64,000 nucleotides of DNA. Source: Hormiphora californensis (taxonomy: Eukaryota > Animalia > Ctenophora). Below are positions 27,978 to 54,693 of the stretch, one piece after another. Within the stretch, counting starts at the first letter, position 1, and every line of letters starts with the position of its first letter. Under the pieces are notes generated by a model. It had not been told where the DNA came from. It saw nothing but the letters and a program-made list of their open reading frames with translations, and did not search any database. The stretch lies in contig CM035355.1 of assembly GCA_020137815.1 (NCBI GenBank), positions 2,852,001 through 2,916,000 of the forward strand, written 5' to 3'. The position numbers were made by a program, and so were the translations under genes.

Positions 27978-29056
27978 CTTATAACCACACAACTGTTTTA
28001 AAGGTTCATCAACTTTGACAACCGTTCAAGCTGGAAAACTGAATTACAAAAGGCAACAAATAAGGCTTCTCTGAAAATTGGAGTGTAACCAAGTTTTGAG
28101 TGGCCAGTAAAGTATTATACGCATATGTTATATGCTTAGATCTTTTTTAAGAATTGAAACAGATTTCTCGGAAACGTGAGTTTCTCCATCTTTCCGGGAT
28201 GAGGATTGAGGGAAGGTTGGAAAATACGAAGTTATTTTGGAAAAAACAATGTTGGCCAAAGGCATTTGGAGCATGTACCTAACAAGTTAAAAAACCAATA
28301 GATGTGTGCTGAGTAGTACTCATGCAGAGATTAAAGTGCTCAGAAAATACGTGTATATCTTTTAAAAAAGACCATTACTGCACACGGTGTGCTAACAAGC
28401 GCCGTAATGCAATACACCCGTCAACAAACTGGTAACGAGAATAGGCGTGTTCACACTCTGCTGCTGTAGTGACATAGTTCGAAAAGCTATAGATAATACA
28501 CGGCCAATAACAATTACGTTACATGTGTATTATAACCTAGAATCATTTTGTCCTCTGCAAGGAAAAGTGACCCCAACGACCAACTGTCAAACAACAAGTC
28601 TACTATTTCCTCTCTAAAGCCCTAATTTCAAACACGTTGTTAAATACTGTTCTGCTTGCTCCAAGAATACACAAACATGGGTTTGCTGTTTGGCGGCTAG
28701 AGTAGGAAACAGTGAGAGCAAAGACAGGCCGTTTTATTTAGAGATACTTGGAACTAAACAGGATCGGTAATTGCAGGTTTTGGAATTGCAGTGGGAAACT
28801 AGGAAATCTATAAATAGCTGCGCAAGTACTTGGAGATGTCTATGACAGTTCGCAGTGTTATACCAGCTGTAGAGTTACACAATTGCACACATGAATATGA
28901 GTGAGACACGAACTATATTTTACTCAGTGGCATTATTATTGATTACGTAACGTTCATGGTCTCGGATATATATGTATTGACAAACAAAAAGCAACTACGA
29001 CCAGTCATTCTTTTAATACAATGCAACCTGATACAGATGTGTGTCATGATCACTGA

Positions 29057-29442
29057 TAAGGAACCATAATAAAGTTCAAGAGCCTCCAAGAGCACCCAAG
29101 AGCGCACCCGATCGAAGAGAGACCACACCTGAGAGCGCACCACACCCAAAAGAGACCACATCCAAGAGCGCACCACCTCCAGAAGACACCACTTCAAGAG
29201 CACACCACATCAAAGAGAGCTCCCCATCCAGAAGATACCACGCGCAGGGGACACCACGCGCAGAAGAGACCAGCGCGGCGTTGTATTTGCGCGTGCGGTC
29301 TCTTCTGCGCGTGGTGTCCCCTGCGCGCGGTATCTTCTGGATGGGGAGCTCTCTTTGATGTGGTGCGCTCTTGGAGTGGTGTCTTTTGGAGGTGGTGCGC
29401 TCTTGGATGGGGTGCGCTCTTGAACTTTATTATGGTTCCTTA
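29057..29442. mobile_element. Fold-back MITE with internal short tandem repeats
   Basis: Termini taaggaaccataataaagttcaagagc / gctcttgaactttattatggttcctta; arms made of aagagcgcaccac-type units; near-palindromic centre. Confidence 0.85.
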
Positions 29443-29864
29443 TAGCAAGCTAGAAAGCAGAGAGATATGTAATGAACTAACGGAGAAATCAGAAATACTT
29501 CAACAGCTGAATATATGTATACGACATACACGCAGAGAGTTGTAGAGAGAGCGTACTCGATATGAAGACAGAAATAGAGAGGGAGAGAGAGAGAGAAAGT
29601 AAACGAGTAGTAGCAGACAGGTACTGACTACTGAGTGCTACTAATGAAACTTCTTCTCGGAGTTTCAGAATACGCAACTGCTGTCTTCGCTAATTGTAAA
29701 ATATCCAAGAAATTCATGATGATATTATATACTGTGGTGACAATGCCACATCCCCAAAATTCACCGTTTTTTCTTGAATAATATGGTAACGGGTAACCTT
29801 TCCCCACCATTTGGATCAACTAATTAATTAATTAACTAACTAACTAATTAATAATGGTACTCAC

Positions 29865-30006
29865 GTTTCCCTTCTGTCCCGGAGCATCTGGTTTTTGACC
29901 AGGGTGGGGATGCCTCTGATCTAGTGACACTATTTGTCGCTATCCCATCCTCTTCCTCCCCTGCCTCTTCTCCTATCGCCAAGGGCGTGTGGGCCGCAAC
30001 AGGCAT
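29865..30006 (-). CDS. Candidate upstream/alternative exon of the arylsulfatase
   Basis: ATG 30006, 47 codons (MPVAAHTPLAIGEEAGEEEDG..GTEGK), GTGAGT donor in phase 1. Confidence 0.45.
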
Positions 30007-31897
30007 TACTGATCTCACATAGCAAGGGGGACTAGGATGTTAATTAATCTGGTCACTTTAGTTTTAAAGCAAGTTAATTATTGTCGAGTAACAAGATCTA
30101 ATTTACAAAATGATCAGTAAACAAGCCGCACAAAAACTAAATTACGATTTGTTTGAGGGAGAGAGAGAGAGAGGAAGAGAAACATTTAAAAGCGACATGG
30201 GAGTAGGAAAGAGACAGTTAGATCGATATCGTATTGGCAGGAGAAAAAAAGAAGAGAAAAACGGAATGGTAAAAAAGAAAGATAATTACGTGTTGGAGAC
30301 CAATAAGAATCAGCTAAGTGAACAACTGTTATTTAACTGCAGAAGGAAATACAAAGTTTTTTCTGGTAATGATGATCTGGTAAAACCACAATCTTTGCAA
30401 AAAATACCTAGAGACCTTGCAAGCGAAAACTGGCCTGATCTTTCTGTAATCTAGCCAACTTCTCAAACAACTGTCCTTTCTCTTCCTCTGATCATCCCCT
30501 AAATAGCTTTTGCAACGAATTATAAAAATTAAATGACAGCTAAGCTCATTTCTGAAGAGAACAGTTATGCCTTTCTATGGAATGAATATATGAAGAGTCA
30601 GGCCTATACTAGCTAGTTCCTTGGAACATGAACAGTAAGAAAAAGTAGAGAGAAGAGATAATAATGTTTCTTTAACAGAACAAATATTTATTTAGCTATG
30701 CCAAAGGTAGCGTTAGAGGAGAACCAAAGAGGGAAGACATGGTCATTGAAAAGGATGAAGGAAAAACATAACATACATCTGTGAAGAACGGAGTATGAAG
30801 TTGCAACAGACCAAAAAAGAGCCGTGGACGTGTAACATTTACAATGCAATGCAGTGTTCCATAATGCAAGCTGAAATATTATATATGACATAGGAAAGGG
30901 TATAACCCCTAGCATCTACCTCCTAGATATATGGGTCTACACTCTACATAGATTATTGATCACCCCAGCTCTCACTCTTCCCTTTTCTCGCTCCCCCTCT
31001 AACAGTATTTTCTTATATCTCTCGCCCTATCTCTTCCTTTCTATCTCTTCCGTTCTCTCTCCTATCCTTGATAATATCTAAAACAACAAAAGGCCAAATT
31101 GTGAAATCATAAACTCGTGAATTCTGCTTGTACTGCCAAAATAAATCAGGGAAAACAAATATAGAGAGAGATAGAGAAATGCATGTGTTGGAACTGGTAG
31201 TGCAGATAGAAACGAATGACCAAATCTAATTTCTCTGAACGCAGCACAAAAAAGTGTTATTACAAGCAACAATATAACAGTGAGCGAAGAGAGCACCCGA
31301 TGCTTTTCGACCGTCAGTGTACGCAGAGAAATCTGTTGTGGGTATTAAAAATAAACAAAGACAGTATTCTCTCTCCCGGTCTTCCGAGCTATCTTTATTT
31401 TTCACGACTCACAGTCGTTCCACCCATCATTTTTGCTTTTGGCATCCAATTTTCGGAATATTTCCGTTTCATTGCATAACACAATTACATCATCACTTAT
31501 AACTATTACCACTGCGACTAAAACGTCTTCGCAAGATCGGTAACAGGATTTAGCAAAGCATTCCAAATAGGATTTAAAAATCAAACTGGTCGAGTTTGAA
31601 AGATTTGATTACAAAAAGAGAGATACAGAGAAGAACAATTACAGTAATGGAAGAGTATTAAAGAAACGGAGTATAAAATAGACATTAATAACAACACGAA
31701 GCAAAAACTTGGCTAAGCGATTATGATGGAGAGAAAGATGAGGAGAGAGAGGAAGAGAGGGAGAGAAAGAGAGAGACATAGCTCAAATTAGTAGCCTCCA
31801 AAACTTTTGTAACTTTACTGAGTCAAAATAAAAGGAGTTAGTTAATTGAATCTCAACGTCCATAGAAACAAGGAAAGAGAGAGAAAGGGAGACAGAG

Positions 31898-31941
<44 letters not shown>

Positions 31942-32526
31942 GACATAAAGTGTGTAGTAAACAGTAACCTATGTATATGACAATGTGACGTATGCATATA
32001 ACATGTAAAACGACCCTCTTCCTGCCCTCACCTAACGAGGTGTCCCAATTGAAACAACCTGCAATGTTCAATCGCAGAGTGCGTAAAATTAAACTACAGT
32101 GTTCGACAAGAACATGTACTTTGTTTTTGTTCACATGCGATGTTTTCGATCCCACGTAGGTAATCTTCCGTGCTAAGAAAGCTCAATCGCTCTGCCGATT
32201 GAGAACTCTCAGTGTATTTGGTGCCATATCACACTGTGCTAACATCTAAAAACATCTAAATGACTAAAGCTAACACATTACCACACAGTCATCGCTAGGC
32301 GATCTAAGAGTTTATACAGGATCACTCACTCATATGAGCGCAATCAAGTGATATATTATATGAGGAAACGGTAAAATTTGCTTTCACTCACACACACATT
32401 ATAATGACTCATCACTCTCACTGCAGTACTACACATGGCCATGGGACAAACACAATAAGAAGAGTGCTTCACAATAATTGAGATCACGGACATGACATAC
32501 AATGGGCTTCAGCGATCAGTACTCAC

Positions 32527-32620
32527 GTATGATTCCAATGTGACGGAGGTTATTGTCAGAGCTGTAGTTGTTGTTTGATTGCGACCACGCATTCTGAATG
32601 TCATTGTACATGTCCCTCAT
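32527..32620 (-). CDS. Candidate upstream/alternative exon of the arylsulfatase
   Basis: MRDMYNDIQNAWSQSNNNYSSDNNLRHIGII followed by a GTGAGT donor in phase 1; a phase-1 TGCAG acceptor lies 5 nt upstream of the ATG. Confidence 0.45.
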
Positions 32621-32629
32621 CTTGGCTGC

Positions 32630-33165
32630 AGCAGTAGGGGGTGTTTGAGGGGTGGGAAGTGGGAGTGGGGGGGTGGCATGTAGTAGGGTGTGTTTGAGGG
32701 GTGGGGTGTGGGAGTGGGGGGGGGGTGGCATGTAGTAGGGTGTGTTTTTGATGGGTGTTTTCAGTGTTGTCGGTTGGGGTGAGGAGTGGGGGTGTGTCAT
32801 GTTGTTGATCAGGGTACATGTTAGTGGGATGGGGCCTGGGCCCTGGGGTGTGTTTGTGGGATGGAGGCATCTTGGCTGCAGCAGTGGGGTATGTGTTTTT
32901 TAGTAGAGGGGGTTGGGAATGGGTGTGTTTGAGGGGTGTTTTCAGTGTTGTTGGGGGGGGGGGTAGGGTGTTTGAGGGGTGTTTTCAGTGTTTGAGGGGT
33001 TGGGAGTGGAGTGTGTTTGAGGGGTGTTTTCAGTGTTTGAGGGGTTGGGAGTGGAGTGTGTTTGAGGGGTGTTTTCAGTGTTTGAGGGGTTGGGGGGTAG
33101 GGTGTTTGAGGGGTGTTTTCAGTGTTTGAGACGTTGGGGGGGGGGGGGGGGGTAGGGTGTGTTGT
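32630..33165. repeat. G/T-rich degenerate minisatellite
   Basis: Repeats of gtgtttgaggggtgttttcagtgtttgaggggttgggagtgga and variants. Confidence 0.8.
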
Positions 33166-34201
33166 GTTGAGGATACGGCTGGGTATGCCATTGGGTATTG
33201 GTAATGGAGAGAGTCTATCGAGGTCTGGGAAGTCCGTACATTACGTACTGAACCGAATCGGCGTTGCACTAAGTTGATTGACTCAATGACTCAACAACAA
33301 GCGGGTCCTAGTTGCAGTATACGTGCTAAAACACATGCAACCCTACCTTGTATGAAATTCATGACGAGATATCAACGTTTAACGGATCGGTATACACACA
33401 AGAACAAAGCAGCAAATATTGACAGTCGACAGATATAATGCAATGAACACTTGAAGATTAATTGGGTGATCATGATCGCACTGGACCTAGTATTTTACAA
33501 TTTAATCCTATCATTCATGATGCCATCATGTAACTGTTATATTATATTCTTTTAGTAGGCGTAATGGAATTTATGGCTGGGCTCGTAATATCTCTATAAA
33601 ATGAGAAATCATCTGAAATGCAATCACGTACAATCACGTGCAGGGTACAATCACACACAACTTACCTCAAAAAGCAATAGATCTGTTCCACCAGCCGTGG
33701 AAATTAATAACTGATGCCCGATGGTCGTCTGTGAGACGCCGATAATGGAAAGATTGGGGAGAGACGAAGATAGTTATGATAGAGATAGGCCAAACTATGC
33801 AATAGGCATGACTAATTGAAAATCATTTTGGAAATAGGCTGGAGACTCGGTATAATGAGCCTGTAAATGAGACACTTTTAGTAACTGATTAAAGCCTGAT
33901 GAGATGTTGTACACGTGGAGTTACAATAAATTAATTTGGGCTACAAATGTATAGACCAGGGCTGCGGGATGATCACGTCATGGTAACAGAGCTGTATATA
34001 TCTACCACGATCCAATTCCAATTGAACCACAATAATTGGTAGGTGAGAGATAGTAGTGAATAAATGACTGGTGGAGAGATTAGTGATTATTATTATTCAA
34101 TTGAGATCAAATGAATGGATAGCAGGAAATAATTAGTTATACGTGCCCGCGGTGTCGTGGTCTCATAATTAAGCTATGTACTTTGGAGAGAGTTGGAGAG
34201 T

Positions 34202-34287
<86 letters not shown>

Positions 34288-35798
34288 AAAGATAGAGAGA
34301 TAGAAGGATGGGAGGAGAGTGAGAGAGTCATAGAGCGAGAGAGAAAGTGAGAGAGAGAGAATGAGAAAGAGAGAAAGGAGAGAAAAATAGAGAAAACAGG
34401 CACCGCTTGACCGCGTCTCTTTTAGGATCAGTAGAGATGTGAGTAGAGAGATGCAGCTATTACATTTAGAGAAGGATAATCGATCAAAGAGATGATCCTT
34501 ATCAAAACAGTATACCAAAAAGAATATAAGTATTAATTATGTCGCTATAATTGGCATTGTATTTATCCCACTCATGTGTTTGAAGGTATATAAATTACTA
34601 AAACGTAGCATCGTAGCCAGGCATTATTATTGTAACTAAGAGAACAATCTCCGATCACACACAAACACGTGTGTTGGAGCACTTCTAACTAACTACAACT
34701 TTAAGTATAACTACTGTTATCATTACTACTATCGGTATCTATGAAGATCCGTTTAGTATGATGGACGCTTATTTGCAGTCTGTGGTTTTGTCATGGAAGC
34801 CACAAATGGAACCACACAGCCATAATAATCATCATATATCGTGTACTGCAAATCCGTTTCTAAATAGTACTCAATCAAAGTGAATATAAGTATATCTAAC
34901 TGTCTATAGAAGCTAGAAGAAATAGCTCCAGTCTCCGCTCAAAATATTAATAATAGATTTACCAGACCTAATTCCCAATATACCCCCTCTACTCACCCAT
35001 GTTGAGAATTAACTGCAATTTCCACTTTTTACTTAATGCAGCACTGAAAAGTGCAAAGGTCACCCTTTCCCACTCCAAGTGCCCAAATGTAATAACTTTC
35101 CAAATTTACTATAAACTTCCAAAATGTACTTCCCAAATGTACTAACTTCCTAAATGTACTTACACCCTTTCCTCCTACTTGGCGCAAAACAGTCCTCCGG
35201 CATTATTTCTGGAAATCTGATGGAAGAAGTAATATGGAGCCCTGGTTGAATTATCCACGGACCACGTTCAGATAAGACACAAAAGAAACAAAGAAATTTT
35301 GGGAATTAAGTTTCGAACTTTGCAGAGCCACCCTGGTATAAAAAGGGAGAGAGAGTGAGAGAGAGATAGAGGGAGATAGAGAGAAACAGGGAGAGAGACA
35401 GGGAGAGAGATAGGGCCCTAGTCTTAATCTAAAAAGATTGAGTTACAGGGGATTGTTAGCGCATGAAACAATTTTTACGGGCAGGATGATTGAATTGAAA
35501 ATAATAAAGCCAGCTAGCATTCTAGATAGGGGGTGGCGTATTGTGAATTAGGCCCTATTTTAGATCAGAGATCCCGGATCATTATGGATCCCTTTCCATC
35601 GAGTTTTCTAATTAGTTGTGGTCGGTGATTGTTCCCAAATCAAATTGGAAGAATGCCACATAGCCCAAATTAGTTTGGAACAGAGCTGAAGGAGAAATTG
35701 GGTTTCCTATATGTGAGAAAACAAGGTTCTAAAAGGGGGTTAAAATGGATAATTACAAACCCATAGAAACACTCTTATAAGTTCCCTCGGGGGCCTTT

Positions 35799-35898
35799 NN
35801 NNNNNNNNNNNNNNNNNNNNNNNNNNNNNNNNNNNNNNNNNNNNNNNNNNNNNNNNNNNNNNNNNNNNNNNNNNNNNNNNNNNNNNNNNNNNNNNNNN
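35799..35898. other. Assembly gap (100 N); further gaps at 44747-44846 and 57011-57110
   Basis: Runs of N. Confidence 1.
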
Positions 35899-35983
35899 TT
35901 ACAGAAAACATTAATACCCCCCCAGGACACATCAAGCAGCCCCCCCGGTTTCCCAATTTGCATTCCCCCTCCTTTCCCAGGTT

Positions 35984-36229
35984 AACATGTCTAACACAGG
36001 TTACACCCCCTCCCAGGTCCGTCCCAGAGTTCAACATGTCTAACACAGGTTACACCCCCTCCCAGGTCCGTCCCAGAGTTCAACATGTCTAACACAGGTT
36101 ACACCCCCACAGGTCCGTCCCAGAGTTCAACATGTCTAACACAGGTTACACCCCCTCCCAGGTCCGTCCCAGAGTTCAACATGTCTAACACAGGTTACAC
36201 CCCCTCCCAGGTCCGTCCCAGAGTTCAAC

Positions 36230-36234
<5 letters not shown>
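35984..36234 (+). repeat. 49-bp tandem repeat (5 copies) overlapping a splice acceptor and start codon
   Basis: Unit aacatgtctaacacaggttacaccccctcccaggtccgtcccagagttc; the third copy is 2 nt shorter. Confidence 0.93.
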
Positions 36235-48845
<12,611 letters not shown>

Positions 48846-49359
48846 GTAAATGCAGGCTGTTTGTGTCTGGGGACTGGGGGGGGTAGCTGTCCTTTTAAGA
48901 TAAGTCTTTGAGGACGTTCAATTTTAGCTGGGCTTGAAGTTGAACCAACTCTATTAATAATAAGTCTCCACTTCTGTTCTCGAGCAATAATTGCACTAAA
49001 ACTACTGTCTAGCTACCGCACTAATAATCTACGCAATTGCACATTTTCCCAAGTGACAGAGGACTTCATAATGAAGTTTTATCTCTCTCTACCTTCTACC
49101 GAGGGGGTCCTAATAATTCCCCTCATAAAGCTGGCAATTATAAAAGGACCAATATTCATCGTGGGACTATCAGCTGGGAGAAATTGTAGTTTCGTTATTT
49201 CGTTACTCTTCTTGATCTGGGTTCCCTTATGGCTTCTCTTTTAAAACCGCTCTATACTTTGTCTGGCGTAGTCTATTTGGCGGCCGATCTGAGAATCAAT
49301 CTGGCGTAGTTATGCTGAGGCAAATCTGCTGCATTTTCAGCTCCACTAACGGCCCTTCT

Positions 49360-50229
49360 ATCACTGCGCTGGCAAGCGCAAAGGTGACCATCCCCTCCCC
49401 CAGCCACGCGTGCCAGAGTGCAGTAATAACTTTTTTCAGTTTTTAGCCAAAAATGGCATTTTGCGACGCCCATAGGGAGGCCCCCACTGCACCGATCGGT
49501 CTGAAATTTGGTATACAGTGTCACATAGTCTAGATCTACTGTAGTTTAAAAGGGCAAGTCTCTATCTCTTTTAGTTTTAGAGATATGGTATCGTGAAAAA
49601 AGCAATAAATGTCCCGGGTCTATGTATCTATCTATGTATCTATGACAGTATGGATGACCTATTTTAAAAAATTTAATCGTTTTGAAGAAAACAACCTAAT
49701 AGAACTTCTCGTTTTTTGATTCAAAAAATGATCGTTCAAATGTGTAAAAGAATAGTTTTCATGTTTTAAAAGGGCCAACCCCAAAAACTCTTAAAAAAAC
49801 TGTCATAAAGATAAAAGTTTTTTCAAAACAACCAAAATTTTTTGAGCTCAATTTCACCCTGAAAGGTTTGATTGAAAAAACGGAACCACACTTATGAAAG
49901 AAAATCGTCTAAAACTTTCAGAAACTTTTATCTCGTTTTTGTGAAACCCCTTTTCCCAAAGGGGGTCTCAAATCCCCGTCTGGGGTTTTAAGATTTATGA
50001 AAATAGATATGACGAAAAAGGGTTTTTCGCCATAGCAAACCTCAAATTTGGGCCCAAATCGATCTTAAAAACTAAAAGCATTTTAATCTAGATGAGCCTG
50101 ATAATAATACATCCCTTTTTGGCGTTTTTAACGTCGTGACGTCACGCTTTGACCGTAATAATGACGTCAAAATTGAAATTTCTTTTTTTAGCGATTCCTG
50201 AGGGTTTTTACACGTCCAGCATGTCTGAA

Positions 50230-50230
<1 letters not shown>
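49360..50230. mobile_element. Unclassified interspersed repeat; second noisy copy at ~57680-58330
   Basis: Both copies start tatcactgcgctggcaa..caaaggtg and share later tgaccgtaat..gtc..aaa and gtgacgtca blocks; ends are lost in low-quality sequence. Confidence 0.4.
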
Positions 50231-50271
<41 letters not shown>

Positions 50272-53200
50272 GGGAAAAGGGGCCTTTTTTTAAAAACCCC
50301 CCCCCGGGGGGGGTTTGGGGGGGGGGGGGGGGGGAAAAAAGGGAGAAAAAAGGGGGGAAAAAAAAAAAAGGGGGGAGAGAGAGAGGGGAAAAAAAAGGGG
50401 GGAAAAAGAGGGGGGGAAAAAAAAAAAAGGGGAAAAAAAAAAGGGGAGGGAAAAAGGGGGTTTTTTTCCCCGGGCCCTTTTTTCCCCCCCCAAAAAATTT
50501 TTTTTAAAAAGAAAAAAAAAAAAAGGGAAAGGGAAAATTTTTTTAAAAAAATTTAAAACCAATTTTCCCCCTTTTTTTTTAAAAAAAAATTAAAATTTTT
50601 AAAAAAAATTTTTTTTAAATTTTTTTAAAAAAAAGGGGAAAAAACCGGGAAAAAAAAAGGGAAAGGGGAAAAAAGGGAAAAAAAAGGAAATTTTTTAATT
50701 GGGGGAAAGGGGGGTTTCCCCCTTTTTTTTTTTTTTTTTTTTTTGGGGGGAAAAAAAAGGGGGGGGGGGAAAAAAAAAAAAAAAAAAAAAAATTTTTTTC
50801 CCCCCCCCGGGGGGTTAAAATTTGTTCCCTTTTTTTTTAAAAAAAAAAAAAAAAAATTTTTTTGGTTAAATTTTTTTTTTCCCCCCTTTTTTTTTTTCCC
50901 CCCCTTTTTTTTTTTCTTTTTTTTTTTTACTTTTCCCCCCCCTTTCCCCTTTTTCCCCTTTTTTTCCCCCCCCCCTTTCCCTTTTTTTTCCCCCTTTTTT
51001 ATTTTTTAAAAATTTTTTTTTTTTTTTTTTTCCCCAAATTTTTTTCCCCTTTTCCCCCCTTCCCCCTTTTCCCCCTTTTTTTTTTTTTCCTTTTTCCCCC
51101 CCCCCCTTTTTTTTTCCCCCCCCCTTTTTTCCCCCCCCTTTTAAGTGATGATTACCTGTATTCCCCCGATCGGAAGAAAGGAAATTTACTTTACAGAGTC
51201 AGGTAGGATGGGGAAGAAGACGTGAGGAAGTTGTATTTAGAGGAGAGAAGAGGGAGAGAGAGAGAGCGAGGAGCAGAGAGCGAGACGGGAGAGAGGGCGA
51301 GAGAGAACGGAGAGGGAGAGGGGCCCCGAGCAAGAGGAGAGAGAGAAAGGGAGAGAAGATGGGGGAGGGGAGAGAACGACGAGAGAGGAGAGAGAGAGAG
51401 AGTCGAGAGAATGAGAGAGAGGAGTCTATATCTCTATCTCCTATAGATCTTCCCCTAACCCCGAAGATAATTTTTGGCCTACTCCTCTCCTCTCGCTCTC
51501 TCCTCTATTTTTACCATCCATATCCCACCCAAATTTTAAACTTCCAAATTTTTCCGGGCTATCTCATTTATTTACCTTTCAATTTTCCCTATCTCTCATC
51601 TCTCTTCCATTGTTCCATATGTCTCCACCCCTCTTGGTCTTTTCTCTTTTTTCCCCGGGTCGGGTACTTCATTTCAACAGTGGAATTGGTTAACGTTTTT
51701 GCCTTCTAGGTTTATTTGAAAACAGATTCCTCGTTTTTTCTTCCTGCTTCTTCTTGATGACTTTTTGAAATTGAATAGTAAAGACTAGATTTGCGATGTT
51801 ACTCACTGTTTTGCAGTTTTTATTTCTCAATGTCAGTTTTAGAAACCACTGTTTATGCTTCTGTCTTGCCCTAGTTTCTTACTTCCCCATTATTTAAACA
51901 GAGCGACTCCATTAAGATTAATTAGCTGGAATCTTTTAGGGAGACAGCAGTGTCCAAACGCGGATCTGCGTTATTTAGCTTGACAAGCATTGGAAGAATG
52001 TAAAAATAAAGGAGAGAGAGAGGAAATTTAAGAGTTTTGAAGAAGGGGAGAGGAAGAGAGAGCGGGAGAAAGGAGAGAGAGATTCCAATGATAATAAACT
52101 ATCGCTACATCTAACAATAGTCTTTACTTATGCACATAATTGTTTATCCTAGCCAAAGTCGCAGTGAACAAGCCTCCTCTTTAGTCTAATTAAGTGCTCT
52201 GGCATCTATAATTATGTAGTTAATGTTCGTTTAACGTTTTTTATATTTTATTACTGGCCTATTTTCAAAGAAATGTTACATCCCTGATCCACATTTTTTC
52301 CGTTTAACTTCCACAAGAAAGTGAAAATATATTTTAAAACTAGAAAAATTTAAAGAATATGGTGTCCCGGCTTGTAAAAATTTACACTTACTAATAGTAT
52401 TGGGAGCGCGGGGGTATATACGACCTGTTTAGTGGGGGCTAGTGCATGTCCCAGCTGGTGCAATACAGCTCTGTAGTAGGTCCAATCTGCAATCTAAATC
52501 GGTGATTTCTCATTTTGGGATTCTTTATATCTCCACCCCTCAACAAATTAAAATCGAAGGATATTCTAGAAAATTGCATTCTTTTCAGGTATTCTATTCT
52601 ATTCTCCATCGCCAAGATGAATGCGAGATTCCCTATTCATTCTCCTCTCTCTCTATTCTCTTCTCTGCTCTCTCTCTCGCTCTCGGGAGAGAGAGCTCTC
52701 TCTGTCTCTCTCTCGCCTCTCTCTCTCTCTCATCTCGATCTCGCTACTCTCTCCCTCTCTCCCTCTCTCCCTCTCTCCCTCTCCCTCTCTCTCTGATCTC
52801 TCTCTCTCTCTCTCTCTTTCTCTCCCTCCCTTTCTATCTAATATTCGCTTCATTATGTATGTCCTATTTTTCTGCACAGTAGCCTAACTCTGACACACAG
52901 GAAACATTATTGCAGCTCGATTCTTTAAATAACGCAGCAGTGCACGGCCAAATTCCGTTGTGTTTTAAACAGAATGAGCTTTTGTCGTTCAACTTGAACA
53001 ACAAAAGCTCTACTCTACTACTCATGTTCTGTGTGCACGATGATTTTTAGAGAAACAAAAACATAATCAAAATTCAAATAAATTTGACCTTTTTCAGTAT
53101 TGCACAGATCTACATTAGCTGTTTTGTTGTGTGCCGTAATGCTATAAATTGCTTTTGTCATGATCACAATGTTTAATAAGTGCAGGAAGAGCTGGAAACA

Positions 53201-53657
53201 AGGCGGCCGCGGTACTCTCTCCTTGGTTCCACCTTTCTTTAAATCCGTCTTTTCACTCTACAAGTTGAGACTCACTCTCCAATCTCTCTGAGGGAATCTA
53301 ACACCTTGACACACGTGGCTTTTAGTTTCGAAATTTCAGTGTGATTTATGGGGCACCAGCTGATCATGATGAGAGTCGTTATGAAGAGTTGATACACAGT
53401 CCTGCTACACTAAAACAGTAGCACCAGCTGATCATGATGGTTATGAGTTGATACAGTCCTGGTACAGTCCTTGCCTTGATCGATCCTCTTTCTCTCTGCG
53501 GTTTGAGCAAAATAATACAGTCCCTATATGGCTGATTTGAAGAGATAATGATAGTTTATAATAATGATAATGAGTAAAGAGGGGCTGACATAGAGAGAAT
53601 TGTGGTTACATCTGAATTATTATTTTAGGATTGTGAAATGAGCTATAGTTCTCGTAT

Positions 53658-53863
53658 TACACGGTCGCTTGTAGTGGGAATACTGTAATGGAAAACGGAG
53701 ACACTGTATGAAGACGCGCAACCGCGTCCAATCGGCGCGGTAGTACGTGCTGACCACAAAGTACTTTTAACAGATTGTTGACAAAAGCACTCGCGCGTTA
53801 CGCAAATTCCGCGCAGATTACTGTATTCTGCGTTACAGTATTTTCACTGCAAGCAGCACTGTT
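53658..53863. mobile_element. Degenerate MITE
   Basis: Imperfect arms gcttgtagtgggaatactgtaa / ttacagtattttcactgcaagc. Confidence 0.45.
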
Positions 53864-54693
53864 AAGGTCATTGGATCATTATAAACTAGATAGATTCAAA
53901 CTATAGGGACTACATATAAGAGTTTCCATAGGTAATGAATTACTTGCCCACCACTTGCTCAATATCAAGATTAAGATTGGGTTTTATAATCACACGTATA
54001 CAGTCCCACTTCTAGCATAACCTGCAAGAACTCCTATCAAATCCTACTTGTTGCCAAATTCCCTATAATTTTGTATATCTCGTGTGGTACTGCAGCACTA
54101 CCCCTGATCCAGAGAGGATGGCAGAGAGAGTGGGAGTGTTCTATATCGACACATGTCTAATGAGAATTGGCACAGTCCCCCCCCTATGACACACACTGTT
54201 CTCTACTGTTCTAGATGAGATACTACAGCTCTAGATGAGATGATGATGTAGATATGAGATCTGACGCTACCACCGATATGAACTAAAGTGCTGTAGTTAT
54301 TGCTGTAAATTGGCTGCTACATACCGCCTTTCATCTCATGACAAGATGATTTATAAAGTCTTTTAGTCTTCAGGTTGTTATATTCGTTGCAGAACTGATA
54401 GGACCCCTTCTTTGTTCTCTCTCTCTGAACTTACTCAACAACTTTCGGAACTCTGTGCAGCTGCAGTAAAGCTTATAAAAGACTGTTTAACAAATATGGT
54501 AGCTAAGATATATAGTTCACTTCATAGTTCACTTCATGGCAGCTGTTAAACAGGTCACTTAGCGCTTCTAGGTAGTTCTTCCCGAGGTGTTTGTGATAAA
54601 CAGGTAGTACATGTTGTATTGTATCAACTTATTTTTTTCTTGTTTTTTTCGTGTCTTCTCCGTACTAATTCTACTTGTTCTTCTCGAGCTGTA

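Noticed and set aside
33666-33728. Exon-like segment with a GTAAG donor between the sulfatase upstream exons
   Set aside because: It is open only in phase 0 and has a stop in the phase-1 frame, so it does not fit the model; it may be UTR or noise.
50230-51140. Lys/Gly/Phe/Pro-rich ORFs in homopolymer-run DNA (also ~37930-38420 and ~57110-57300)
   Set aside because: The pattern is typical of dephased low-quality read ends; they appear to be blurred versions of neighbouring repeats.
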